A stretch of DNA of 64,000 nucleotides, from NCBI RefSeq assembly GCF_033026475.1, contig NC_090210.1:20383376-20447375 (forward strand). Reading direction: 5' to 3'. Each line of letters opens with the position of its first letter. The first letter of the stretch is position 1. The notes under the pieces were generated by a model. It had not been told where the DNA came from, did not search any database, and worked only from the letters and a program-made list of their open reading frames with translations. Shown here piece by piece: positions 22,520 through 35,799 of this stretch. The position numbers and the translations under genes were made by a program. Source of the stretch: Channa argus (lineage: Eukaryota).

Positions 22520-25500
22520 ATGGTGTACAGAGGCCAAATGCCATAAATCTTATCATCGTTCCAAAACGAAAGAATAATTGTACGATAAAGGAATTTGTAG
22601 AAACACACTTAATAACTCCACTATAGGTGCTATACATCAGCAATCAGGTGTGTTTAAAATAAAACTAGTTAGGACATGTTTTTCTGAAACTTGGGAGCTC
22701 TATATGCTGTTTCAACCCCCGAGTCAAGTCTTCTCAACGCCTCCTCCTTCCTTGCATCCTGCATCTGTGAGAAAACCCCTGGGAAAGGAGTTTAAATGCT
22801 AAATGAGTTTAAAACGTTTATAGGGTGAATTACAACCAATCGTTGAGGATGCATCGAACTTTGAAAGGGGTCTAGGCAAATCTGTTAACCTTCACATATT
22901 TCTTTCGTCTTGTGCCTGGTTGATTACTACACAAAATCACATATGTTACACATCTGTGATTATGTGTAACATAATACAGAGCACAACGCTCTCCTCTCTT
23001 ACCACAGTGCAACTGTTGCCAGCTGGACGGATACGTTCATTAGGAAACTTCAGAGTACATTGGAATCAAAATTAAAAAAGCAGAACACCAAAGCAGAGAG
23101 ATACCAACTAATGCAGGAATAACAACGGACATTGACATTTTTACAACTTTGACCATGGTCCTATATCTTCTCCCATATGTAAAAACGCTAAGGTTTAGCT
23201 GATTCATTAGGACAGTGGTTCCCAAACTGTGGGGGTGTCCCTGGAGTTACAGCAAGGGGGGGCAACAACACCTGAATGTAAACACTGTATAGTAGCCCTG
23301 CCACACTGCTAGCATAGATACGTTTGTGAAAAGAAAGCCAAGGAAACGCAAGGCTGGTGGAAATTTAAAGGCTGCAGGTACCAAGACAAAGATATGAAAA
23401 TAGGATGAGGCATATGTTGATCTCAGTTTTACCAGCACGACTGTTGGTAATAAGAAGAGGCCACAGTTTGTCGTGTGTCTCAAAATTTAGGATTCTGATA
23501 GTATGAAGCCAAACAAGTTAAGACGCCACTTGGAGACTTAGAAATACTGTATTTCTATCCACAAAAAGGGGCCCAGCAGAAAAAGTTTGGGAACCACTGC
23601 ACTGCAGACTTTCTGTCACCTTAATTCCATGTCTCCTCATAATCTAAATCACAACCCATTCTGGTATTGTAAAACAAACATTTTTATTTTCTATCATTTT
23701 AAATTCAATATCTAGATTGAGGACAAAGGTTGGGAGTGGTGGGTTGAGGGAGGAGTGAGGGTGAGCGAGAGGAATCACAGTCAACTGATTTTAATAAGCC
23801 CCTTTGAGCCCCACACAGTGAATAAGAACCCTTTCACAACATCTAGCCAAGTCAAGCAGACTCTTGAGGAGGTTGGTTTGTCATTGTGAAAGTCTTTAAT
23901 CAAAAGATGGCTTTATGAATGCAAATACAGAGGCTTCACAACAAGGTGCTAAGCACTGGTAAAGCTCAAGAACAGAAAGTCCAGATGAGACTTTGCCCGA
24001 AAACACCTACAAAGTTCTGGGTCAATGATTCTTTGGTTTGATAAAACAAAAATTAACGTGTACCAGAATCATGAGAAGAAAAAAAAAATACGGAGAAGAA
24101 AAGAAACAGCTCATAATTCAAATCATACTATATTATCTGTCAAACATATAGAGGCAGTTTTATGGCATGGGCGAGTACATTAGACTTCCAGGCCTTTTAC
24201 TGTGGTTGCTCGTTAATTCCTTCTTTTGCTGACACAACAAACTGTTGCGTTGGCCTCTCCCATTTATTTTGCCATCCCTTATGTGGGTTTATTTTGTTTT
24301 TTTAGCCTAGATTCCTTTATTTCATAAACACCTCGTTGACCTCAAGCTGACAGCTCCAGCAAACAACTGTTAAATGCTAAGGTAAACAAGGCAAAAGCAG
24401 AAGAACCCGAGTTATTCCTGCATTTCCTGTGATTGGCTTATGCCTTTTTAAACTTTGGGCAGTTTTTGAAGCAGAAACCCCAGAAAACCTGAAGATCTGT
24501 TCCCTAATTACTTCATGACTAATCAGAAATTAAAAGACCATGAAGTTCCGAGTGTACCTTTGTGTTTGGCATTCGTTCACTGGTATTGTCAACATGAGGT
24601 CGAAACAGGTGTCTATGAAAAACTAAATAAACCCACATGAGAAATAGCAAAAACATTGGGAGTGGTAGCTGATGGCAGAATTGTGTCCACAAGGAAAAAG
24701 AGCCCTTTCACAACATCTAGCCAAGTCAAGCAGACTCTTGAGGAGGTTGGTTTGTCATTGTGAAAGTCTTTAATCAAAAGATGGCTTTATGAATGCAAAT
24801 ACAGAGGCTTCACAACAAGGTGCTAACCACTGGTAAAGCTCAAGAACAGAAAGGCCAGATTAGACTTTACCCGAAAACACCTACAAAAGCCTGATGAGTT
24901 TGGGGTCAATGATTCTTTGGGTTTGATAAAACAAAAATTAACTAAAATCATGACTAACCAGATGATAACCAGAATCATGAGAAGAAAGAATTAAAGAGAA
25001 GAAAAGAAACAGCTCATAATTCAAATCATGCCACATTATCTGTCACACATAGTAGAGGTAGAGTTATGGCCAGAGGCCAAATGCCATAAATCTTATCATC
25101 GTTCCAAAACGAAAGAATAATTGTACGATAAAGGAATTTGTAGAAACACACTTAATAACTCCACTATAGGTGCTATACATCAGCAATCAGGTGTGTTTAA
25201 AATAAAACTAGTTAGGACATGTTTTTCTGAAACTTGGGAGCTCTATATGCTGTTTCAACCCCCGTGTCAAGTCTTCTCAACGCCTCCTCCTTCCTTACAT
25301 CCAGCATCTGAGAGAAAACCCCTGGGAAAGGAGTTTAAATGCTAAATGAGTTTAAAACTTACATAGTGTGAATGCAGCGGTGTAAAGCATAACTTTATTA
25401 TTAGTTATGTATAAGTTATACTTTAGACTTAGTTTGTATTTACAACCAATCGTTGAGGATGCATCGAACTTTGAAAGGGGTCTAGGCAAACCTGTTAACC

Positions 25501-26350
25501 TTCACATAGTTCTTTCGTCTTGTGCCTGGTTGACTATTACACACAATCACATATGTTACACATCTGTGATTATGTGTAACATAATACAGAGCACAACACT
25601 CTCCTCTCTTACCACAGTGCAACTGTTGGCAGCTGGATGGATACGTTCATTAGGAAACTTCAGAGTACAGTGGAATCAAAATTAAAAAAGCAGAACACCA
25701 AAGCAGAGAGATACCAACTAATGCAGGAATAACAACGGACATTGACATTTTTACAACTTTGACCATGGTCCTATATCTTCTCCCATATGTAAAAACGCTA
25801 AGGTTTAGCTGATTCATTAGAACAGTGGTTCCCACACAATCAAATATCTTACACATTTGTGATTATGTGTAATAATACAGAGCACAACACTCTCCTCTCT
25901 TACCACAGTGCAACTGTTGGTAGCTGGATGGATACGTTTATTAGGAAACTGCAAAGCAGAGAGATACTAACTAATGTAGGAATAACTACGGGCATTGACA
26001 TTTTTACAATAAGCCAAACAAGTTAAGACGCCACTTGGGAGACTTAGAAATATTTCTACCCACAAAAAGGGGCCCAGCACGAAAAGTTTGGGAACCACTC
26101 CACTGCAGACTCTCTGTCACCTCAATTCCATGTCTCCTCATAATCTAAGTCACAACCCATTCTGGTATTGTATCTGGTATTAAATTCAATATCTAAGTTG
26201 AGGGTAAATGTTGGGAGTGGTGGGTTGAGGGAGGAGCGAGGGTGAGAGAGAGGAGGTAAGACAGAGTTTGGTCAGAGTGTTATGGGCAGTGTTACTTGAT
26301 GTCTTTCCCTTACAGCAGTGAAGTCTTTACACTATAGTAGGATTTTGTGA
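22520..26350. repeat. Local segmental duplication (22520-23780 is similar to 25070-26280) carrying degenerate SLC6 exon 13 relics and the SLC6 upstream region
   Basis: 22560-22800 matches 25100-25345. 23150-23240 matches 25750-25830. 23520-23770 matches 26020-26270. Exon 13 relics lie at 22870-23050, 25480-25670 and 25860-25960. 26270-26350 matches 13060-13160, the 5' flank of exon 1. Confidence 0.65.
23820..25030 (+). mobile_element. Further Tc1-like transposase fragment copies (23820-24130 and 24700-25030)
   Basis: Repeats of the 22040-22260 block. Translation ...LWFDKTKINVYQNHEKKK matches Tc1 LWSDETKIELFGHNHKRYVWRK. Confidence 0.6.
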
Positions 26351-26357
26351 TCCCAAG

Positions 26358-29300
26358 ATGAACAAAGAATTACGAAAAAGAGAAAATGTGAGAAGACATG
26401 GAGACAGAGGACAGTGGGCCAGTAAAACTGAATATATTCTGGTGGTTGCAGGAAACGTGGTCGGCCTGGGCAATGTGTGGAGATTTCCTTACCTCTGCTA
26501 CAAGAATGGAGGAGGTGAATATTACAAAGATCAGCTGCACTTTTTTTGATGACAGATAAGTGAAAGTCATTTCCATCTGAATACATGTCTCTGTCTTCAC
26601 TGTAGGTGCATTTCTGGTGCCATATGGTCTGTTGGCCCTGGTGTGTGGGATACCTCTGTTCCTAATGGAGACTTCCAGTGGTCAGTACACCCAGGAAGGA
26701 TTCATCACCTGCTGGAGGAAATTGTGCCCACTGGCAGAAGGTGAGTTCGACTAAAATGTAAAACCAACAAATGAAAAGGCCTAAATTACACTGTGTATAT
26801 TTACCAACCTTAAAACATAACTGACTTTCTGTTTGAACATTTAAACAAAGATTTTTAAAAAATTGTTGTTCTAGGAATTGGGTATGGATTTTTCATGATG
26901 AAACTTTATGACTTCAGCTACATTTTAATTCAAGCCTGGGCTCTGTTCTACCTGGTGTTCTCCTTCAAAGCCCAGCTCCCCTGGGCCAGCTGTGACAACA
27001 CCTGGAATACAGGTAAATTTAGACTCTAGAACCAATAGTAAACTAATGAGAACTAAAAGTAGTTGTAATATGTTGTTAAATGTTAATGTACAGCTTACAG
27101 TTAAATGTGAAAAAATACAACATATCACTACTGAAAAAAATAACTGTCCTTTAACAAGTGAAATTAGTTTAAAAAAAGAAATTAGTTTTAGCAGACAACT
27201 GTCGACTCTCAAGTATTAGTGTGTGTATTGTATGAATGCCAGCGATTCAACATTAACTATTACTAACTATTATTTGTTCCCAAACCCAGCTTCATGTCTT
27301 GATCTACAGATTTTAAATTCAACAAATGTGACAGCGAATCAGACCAACACCACCTCTGCTGCAACTGAATTCTGGGAGTGAGTCTCATTAATGATGGAAT
27401 GTTAATTACTTTATAACCACTTCACTTTTTATGCATTGAAGATGATTCTGCACTCGTACAGTTTGCTCTCTGGAGATGATTTAGAAATCGGTAATAATAC
27501 CGTAAACGCAAACTGTTACTTTGTTATGATGTTACTGCAAATTGTTTATAGCGCAGAGTTACACATGGGCCAGTATATTACACACAATCAACATTAAGGA
27601 AACACAAATAAACAGATACCACATGAACTAAAACATTAACTCATTAAAAACAATACGTGCAAGCTTCCCTACACTTGCCAGATCCAGGAAATCCGCCCAC
27701 AGCAATTCATGCATTGGCTTGTTCACATATGTGTTTCATAATGGATACACACGGACTGACCCCATGGATGTATGTTTTTTCTTGAGTCTGCATGCCCTGC
27801 TCTGTGGTGCATGTGCACACACACATTAAAAAGTCAAACGCATGAAAAACTGTGACAGTAGCCGTGCAGAAATCCACTGCTATAGAAGAAATCCAAATTT
27901 TTACAAATGTCCAGAAGCCATGAATTGACACATAAGTACTGAAAATAACTGTGTTTACCCGCGGGAGCTGGCGAAGTGTTATTGTAAAAGGCAACTAACT
28001 TTAGATTTTAAACTGCTCAAATTCATGTTTATCTACCTAAACTTAACTTGAGTTACATCAGAAAGGCTTTAATCATCCCATAGAGTATATTGTGATTGAA
28101 TTACACGTGCTACTTACCTGTTTCAGACAGGAAAAAGTGGAGACAGGAGACGGTACTAATGTCTGTCTAATCAGGCTGTTTCTCTGTCTAAGAAGCAACT
28201 GGTGCTCACTTTGGTAAATACTCGTCCACCTTGGTTGCGTAATTTGGAAATTCTTGTCTGTCTGATGGAAGCTTGTACATATAGTTTTAAATCACTCACA
28301 ACTGGCTGGGATTGAACTGAAAACTGCAATGAGCTTTACTTTTTAATAATAATAGCATTTCAAGTCCACAATGACTGAGCATGTCACATGTAGTGGAAAA
28401 AATGTTTACTCTTGTTTTATGCATGTAGCCAAGCGTCTTTGAGTTAACATAAAGTGTTTAATCTGTCAATTCCGGAAGCTGTTGCTATTGGTTTTGTCAA
28501 ATTGTGCCTCTTTTCAGGCTTTTTAAAATGTACATATTAAATATCTCCTCACCTCAGGCGACGGATGTTAGGCATGTCTGGAGGTATTGAGGAGCTGGGC
28601 AGTGTCAGATGGGAGCTGGCTTTGTGTCTTCTGGTCAGCTGGGTGTTCTGCTACTTCAGTATTTGGAAAGGTGTCAGGTCTTCTGGAAAGGTCAGTGGAA
28701 ATGTTTTAAGAGTTTAAAAATGCCTCGCCCACTGTAAACGTTAATTAAAGTTACATATGCAGGTAAAAATGTCTACTTCTATCTAGGTAGCATATTTCAC
28801 AGCCACGTTCCCCTATGTGATGCTCCTGATACTGCTCATCAGGGGCTTGTCTCTACCTGGAGCTTGGAATGGAATCTACTTTTATCTGTATCCAGACATA
28901 AAACACCTGGCTAACCTGGAGGTAACAAGTTTTATGGTAATATCCTAGAATTTAATGAGTGTAGGTGAAAAACCTCCAATAGAACAATCAGAGAATAACG
29001 CAGGCCAGAAAGACGTATTCACAAACATTTATATAAAATTTATTGAAAATACATTGGTTGATCAATTGATTGATTACAAAACTTCACTCTGGACCAATTG
29101 AATATCAAATTAATATTGCCCTCCCTAGAGCCACACAGCTACAGCAACTTTTGAGCTTTTATTTTTTGAACATTGCAGGTCTGGATAGAAGCTGCATCTC
29201 AAATATCCTTCTCCTACAGTCTCACAATAGGCACCCTGACTGTTCTGGGGAGCTACAATGACTACAACAACAACTGTTACAAGTACGTTCAGATTGCTCC

Positions 29301-32300
29301 AGTTGATATAACATGAACATTTGTAAATTCTATGTTGTTATTTTGGCAAATTCTTAAATGTGACGAATAGACTCTTGTCTGTCTTACCTTGACCTCTAGA
29401 GACTGCTTTTGGCTCTGTCTGCTGAACAGTGCGACCAGTTTTGTTGCTGGATTTGTAGTTTTCTCTGTACTTGGATTCATGGCTCAGAAACAAGGTGTTA
29501 GTGTTGACAATGTGACTGAATCAGGTATAAGTCTTCTGACATTGTGAACATTCAAACCCAAACATATATATCTACTACATGTACATATATAGTAAATATA
29601 CTATATATATACTGTATACCATGTCACTACCAACTCTGGTGTGTAATTCTAATACACAGGTCCAGGTCTGGCCTTCATTGCTTACCCTCAGGCAACAGCT
29701 ATGATGCCTTTGCCCCAGTTCTGGTCTGTCTGCTTCTTCCTGATGCTCATTCTGTTGAGTGTTGACACACATGTAAGATTATTGGACTAATAACTGATCC
29801 ATCATAGCTGAACATAGACACAGAAATCACACTAGTTGCTCGTTTCGTTGTTTCCCCAGTTTGTAACAGTGGAGACTGTAATCACGTCTGTGAGTGACTT
29901 GTTTCCAAAGATGTTCCGTGCACCAGTGAAGCATGAGATCTTTGTCCTCGTCATATGTTCATCTTTCTTCGTCATACATCTCATTCTGGTCACAGAGGTA
30001 AAGAAAATATACACCCCAATTAAAAAAAAGTTGAAAAAAAAAATTGTAAAACTTTTGTTTTTACAATTTATTTATTTATTTACAATAGAACATAAACAAA
30101 ATATCATTTCATGCAAAATATTAGCCCATTTTGAATTTGATGGCAGCCACACAACTCAAAAAAGTTAACAAAAGGCAGGAAAAGTAATTGCTGCAAATAA
30201 CAAAACAAATGGAGGAGCATTTGACATCGATTTAGATTGATTGTCAACAGGTCAGTAACATGACTGGTTATAAAAGGAACATTTCAGAGAGGCAGAATCT
30301 GGAATGTAAAGATGGGCCAAGGTTCACCAATCTGAGACAAACTGTGTCTAAAAATTGTGGAACGAGTTAAAAAATGTTTGACATAAAATTGCGAAGACTT
30401 TGAAGATCCCAACATCTACAGTATTTAATGTCATCAAGATCATCAAGGTGTTGAACTGGTCTGCCTGTTGTCCATCACTAAAAAGAAAACTCAACAAAGG
30501 CTCAGGACTGTTGAGCAGCTTCTTGAATCTTGCATCAGGCAAGAATGAGACAACATTTGTCTCCTAAACTCCAGTAACTGGTCTCCTCACTTTCCAGACA
30601 TTTACAGACAGTTGTTAAAAGAAGAGGGGATGCTGCGTAATGATAAACTGATAAAATCATTCCAACTTTTTTGAGAAGTGTGGCTGTCATCAAATTCAAA
30701 ATGAGCTAATACTTTCCATGAGATGTTTAAATGTCTCAGTTTCAACATCTGATATCATTGCATTCCGTTTTTATTTACACTGTACACATCGTCCCAACTT
30801 TTTTTTGAATTGGGGTTGTAGAACAATTTTTACAGTTTAAACCAAATAAATGTTAAACTTTTTATTTTTCAAAATGCTAGACATTTTTCATATGTTGTCT
30901 CTCTTTACTTTAGGGGGGGATTTATGTATTCCAGCTTATAGATTATTACGGTTGTACCAGAGCCTGCAAGGATTTTATGACGATTTGTCAATGCCTGGCT
31001 ATAGGCTGGATTTTTGGTGAGTAAATTTCACGTAACAATGGACTAAATTATGTTTTGGATAATGTGATTTGACTTTTCATATGACATTTTTACAGATAAA
31101 GAGCAAGTGCATCCTGTTCTCTCAGTTTGGGGTTGTGTGGTGAACCAGAAATATACAATTGGGTGTCATCTGCATAAACTGACATTTTGATCACTGATAA
31201 TCAGATAGCAATGATTAATTTAAATAGGATGAAAATGGTAACTGTTGCAGTATTGGATGGCATAATGTTGGGTCACTTAACAATTCCTGTACCACACAAT
31301 GAAAACACTGTGCAGTCAAAGTGCAATGAAGGGTGAATGCCGTATTATAGGTACTGTCCTGGAAAGTTAATATGCGTGTAGATTAGAATGCAAGGAGCTT
31401 CCTCCAGTCCACCCGTTTCTGTGGATTTCTACAAGGCCTAAGGTTAGCTCCCTTTTTAAAGCAAGAAAATCAGTACAACAACAAGATTTGACGTGTCAGC
31501 ATTGGAACAGTTTGCATTATAAATATATGTTCAAGCTGCTCCCCAATAGGTCAACACTTCTAGACAAACAACACCCTTCTTTTATTTCAAAATGGCAAGT
31601 TTCACTGAAAAGTAAACATTTTGGAACTATGAATCTTAAATTCTATCAGGTGCTGACCGTTTTTCTACCATCATCGAGGACATGACAAGTAAGAGACCCC
31701 CAGTTTTTTTCAAACTGTGCTGGAAATACATCATTCCTCTTCTGACCATGGTGAGCAAAAATATGTTTATGTAAATCATGTTTGGCTTATCCCATTTTCT
31801 TTTATTTGGCATTTTATTCTGGGGTAAACTCAAATTTCTCATCCACTGTCTATGCAGTACAGTTGACCTTGGCTGATTTGCATCCATCTTCTAGCCTTAG
31901 TTGGTAAACTGTCATTGTAAATTCCAGTAGAATTTTAAATAAATGTCATGCTTTTTATTTTTACAGATTTCTTTTACCTTGTACCTGGTTCATTACAAGC
32001 ATTTTAGGATTAACAACTGGTACATTTATCCTGACTGGGCGTACACATTAGGATGGATGATGACACTTTCCTCTGTGCTCATGGTGCCACTATGGGCAGT
32101 TAGACAGATGTGTTTGACACCAGGAACTTTCAAACAGGTCAGTATTCAAGTAGAGATTTTACTGCAAAGTCAAAAATCAAGAGACAGGTCTGCTGGGTTT
32201 TGAGGGTTTATTTGATAGAGGGCCACACATTGAATAGGATGGAACAGAGAAAATTTGGTTGAAAGTTGGTAAATAATTAAAATTAAATTTTAAAAAAGAG

Positions 32301-35300
32301 GGTTAAATGCTGGTGTTTAGCCCACAAATTGTATTTCTATTTATATGTAGGCAGTGGCAGCTGGTCCAGAAGTAAGTAACCATAAATAAAAAAATACAAT
32401 CTGTTTACAGCCCCAGTTCCACTCTATGAAATCACTACATATGAAACCGATTTCATAGATTAGCTAAATATAGCTGTCTTCTGTACACATTGTATTCATG
32501 TTAAAGCAGTTTCCGTGCATCCTCAACGTCCAAAACATCTGAAGCATGGTGCTGCAGATGTTGAAGGATCTTAGTCTCCTTAGAAAATACAGCCTGCTCT
32601 GTGTTTTCCTGTATATTGATGGTGCATTAACTGACCAGTCCAGCTTATTGTTCAGGTGTACACCCAGGTATTTGTACTCTGAAACTACGTCCATCTTTAC
32701 CGATGCTGAGCTGGAGATGATTGTGCTCACACCAGTTAACAAAACTGTCCACCTCTGATGGATACTCCGTAATATCTCCACCCTCGTTACATCCAACAAC
32801 TGACAGAGTCATCAGAAAACATCTGAAGGTGGCAGGACTCTGAGTTGTACCTGATGACAGAGGTATACAGGGTGAAGAGAAAGGGAGATAGGACTGTCTA
32901 TTAGGGAGAACCTGTGCTGCAATGTCTCAGACACACAGCTCTGAGATGGACAGACTGGGGTGGGGCTGTGAGGTAATCCAATATCCAGCCAATCATGGGG
33001 GTGACCACGAGCATGCTCATTAATTTCTCCCCTAGAAGGACAGGCTGGATTGTGTTAAAAGCACTGGAGAACTCAAAGAACATAATCCTCACAGACCCCC
33101 CCCCCAGGCTTGTCCTGCTTGGTGTAGATGCAGTGTAGCAGGTAGATGCGAGCATCCTCCACCCCCAGCTGATGCTCAAAAGTAAACTGGACGGGGTCCA
33201 GAAATGGTTTCACCAGGGGCCTGAGGAAGTCCAGGACCAGTCTCTCCAACACTTTCATGATGTGGGAGGTTAGAGCCACATCACTGGGGACACTGGGGCG
33301 GGCTACTTTTGGTACTAGCAGCAGGCATGTTGTTTTCCATCCCACAGGCGTCCTCTCCAGCTGCAGGCTCAGATGTGCTTATGGATGCCACATAGCTGTG
33401 GGGCACAGGCTTTCAGTAGCCTGGGCCTGACTCCATGAGGACCTGTAGACTATGTGGGGCAAAGCCTGCTTAGCTCTCTCCTCACCTGCTCAGCTCTCTC
33501 CTCATCTGCTCTGCTGAGATAGTCATTGCTGCAGAGACAGGAGTGGTGTCCAAGTCAGGCAGGGGTGAGATGTGGGCAGCTGTCGTGAAGCTCCTTGGGG
33601 GGGGTGGATATAAAATCATCAAATCTATTGCTTTAGCTCTATTTACACTCCCCTCTGCCCATTGCCTGCTGGTCTTATATCAAGTGATGCTTTTTATGCC
33701 ACTCCAAACTGCTCTGGTATCCTTCTGTTAGAGCTTCCTCATGTAAGCCTCCTTCCCCTCTTTGATATTTACCAGCGGGCACTCTGGACTTCCCTCTGTG
33801 CTTCCCTGTCACCTGACCTGAAGGTTGCCTTCTTCTCATTCAGGATTAATTCAATGTCTTTCGTGGCCCTAGCAGCGGACAGTTTTTGTTGGTATACAGA
33901 TGCCAACACAAAAGTTGATGTAATCTGTAATGCAGCCTGTCAATCCATCAATGTCCTCACCATGTATCTCACAGACTGTTTTCCAATCCGTGGCTTCAAA
34001 ACATCCCTGCAGTGGCCCTCTCAGACCACCGTTTACTGTTTTGGTGGAGGGAGGCTGCCTTTGAACCTTACATACAGGCAGGAGGTGGGTCAGCTTGTGG
34101 TCAGACCTGGCCCGGGGCAGAAGGGAAGAAGAGCTGTAGGCCTTTTTAACATTTGAGTACATCAGGTCCAGTTTCTTCTCCCCCCTTGGTGTGACTATCC
34201 ACATACTCTGAGAGGGTGGGGAGGGTCTTGGAGAAGTCACGGGAGATCATAAAGAGGGCATCTGGATGTCGGGTCAGGAGTCTGGCTGCGATCGAGTTTA
34301 TGTTGTCACATGTGCCATCAATATCGACGTGTCGGGCAAACTGTCCTACAGCGATGTCTCCGTGAAACACATTCAACTAAAGTCTGGAAAGATACTATCC
34401 TTCCTCACCAGTGCAGTCAACTCGTCCACCTTGTTCTCCAGAGACCTCACGTTGCGCATAATCAGAGATGGAAGATGCGGGCGGCTTAAATCTTCTCTGA
34501 ATCTTCTTTTCCACTGCTCCTTTTTACCAGCTCTGTGATCTCTCGCTGTTTTCCCTTATTTCGTACGGTATGTTTAAAGTCCGAACGAAAACTCCCTCTA
34601 CAAATGATCAGAGAGGATAAGCTTTACACAGCGAAGTGACACTTTACTATACTAAAATACAACAGTAAATATGAAAAGGGAAAAATAAATTACAAGAAAA
34701 GGAGGGCAACTGCAACAGGCGGTGTCTCGGCTCACACCTGCGCATATGTTTTAGCTAACTCCATTTGTCAAAAGAAGAGCTGGAGCAACTCAGGTGGAGC
34801 TTGTCCTTCATCACAAGCATACTGCTGTATCCCAGCTTCTTTATCCTCATTTTTCTTCTGGTAAACCATTTGGACTTTGTTTTTGGTGGCTTCTTCTTCT
34901 CCTGCAGCAACATTCGCGAGCTGCTGAGCTGCAGCAATATTCGGACTAATGTAGTTACCATGGGTGGGACATAGAGAGACAGAGCATACAACTGTCCAAC
35001 CACAGGAACATTAAACCCATGTTTATTGGCTTTGGTTCAATAATCTCTGCACCCTGTGGAAAATCCTGAAGCTGTCAATCAGAGCGTAGCTTCAGGTCAC
35101 GATTGTTAAGCGTCCACAGGGTCACATACGCACCTTGTACAAAGTAGACAGAATCATTCAGATTTAGCTAGTTTTTTAAAAATCATTTTAAATAAATGCT
35201 ATCATGTGCAAAGTAAGATTAAACTGTGTTAAATGTATTTTTTTTCATATAGAATTTATTTTTCACAAATTTAAAGGACTTCAGTCATTTTTCTAAAATA

Positions 35301-35799
35301 ATTATATTGTCTATAATTACCATACAGATTCTAAAGCCAATGTTGAACATTCTTTATTCACCTTATTTGGTATATGAGCAAATACAGGCTGCAGGCTGAC
35401 AACCAACCATAGCATCGGTATGGTGATTGGCGATTTTCTAAGTTAATTGTATTGTTTACAAAGTTATCCTACTGTTAATTAAAGGGGGTGGTACCCCAGT
35501 GCCCCCCAGTAACCACCCGCCACTGGGGTTAAGGACTTAACTGCCGCAGCCCTGCTTATTGCAAAATAATATGAACTGCTAGGCTTAAAAAAAAACCTTT
35601 ATACAAGTCATAGTATTTTATTTTTTATATTTAATGTGTATTAGACACTCTGAATGAAGTCTAACAGACATTGCTTAGGCTATGTGTGAGACAAATTACA
35701 GTATTATGGAAGTTTATATACCTGGTTTCTTTTCAGCGTTTGAAAATCCTTTGCCATCCAATTGATCCAGCCTTGCAGATGGAGATCAGAAATCATTGA
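26358..35799 (+). CDS. SLC6 family transporter copy C, 14 intact exons and about 567 codons, with a shortened C-terminal tail
   Basis: Exons: 26358-26514, 26606-26740, 26875-27012, 27290-27377, 28558-28690, 28787-28921, 29179-29282, 29400-29524, 29660-29772, 29860-29997, 30914-31016, 31650-31750, 31967-32137 and 35737-35799. All splice sites are GT-AG with consistent phases. About 95% amino-acid identity to copy A, with exon 2 identical. TGA at 35797-35799 where copy A has CGA. Confidence 0.8.
30020..30830. mobile_element. Non-autonomous Tc1/mariner element with long (over 150 bp) terminal inverted repeats, inserted in intron 10 of SLC6-C
   Basis: Left end ...ttcatgcaaaatattagcccattttgaatttgatggcagccacacaactcaaaaaagttaac. 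Right end reverse complement ctcatggaaagtattagctcattttgaatttgatgacagccacacttctcaaaaaagttgg. The internal segment encodes [21 protein letters not shown], a Tc1/mariner transposase HTH region. The corresponding copy A intron is only 112 bp. Confidence 0.7.
32460..34400 (-). mobile_element. L2/CR1-clade LINE fragment (endonuclease C-terminus plus reverse transcriptase), degenerate, in intron 13 of SLC6-C
   Basis: Minus-strand ORFs encode ...[20 protein letters not shown]...[33 protein letters not shown]..., [43 protein letters not shown] and [14 protein letters not shown]...[22 protein letters not shown]. These are characteristic of fish L2-type LINEs. Confidence 0.7.

Noticed and set aside
33662-34156. 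164-aa plus-strand ORF
   Set aside because: It lies antisense within the L2-type LINE fragment, whose real coding sense is the minus strand. No conserved motifs.
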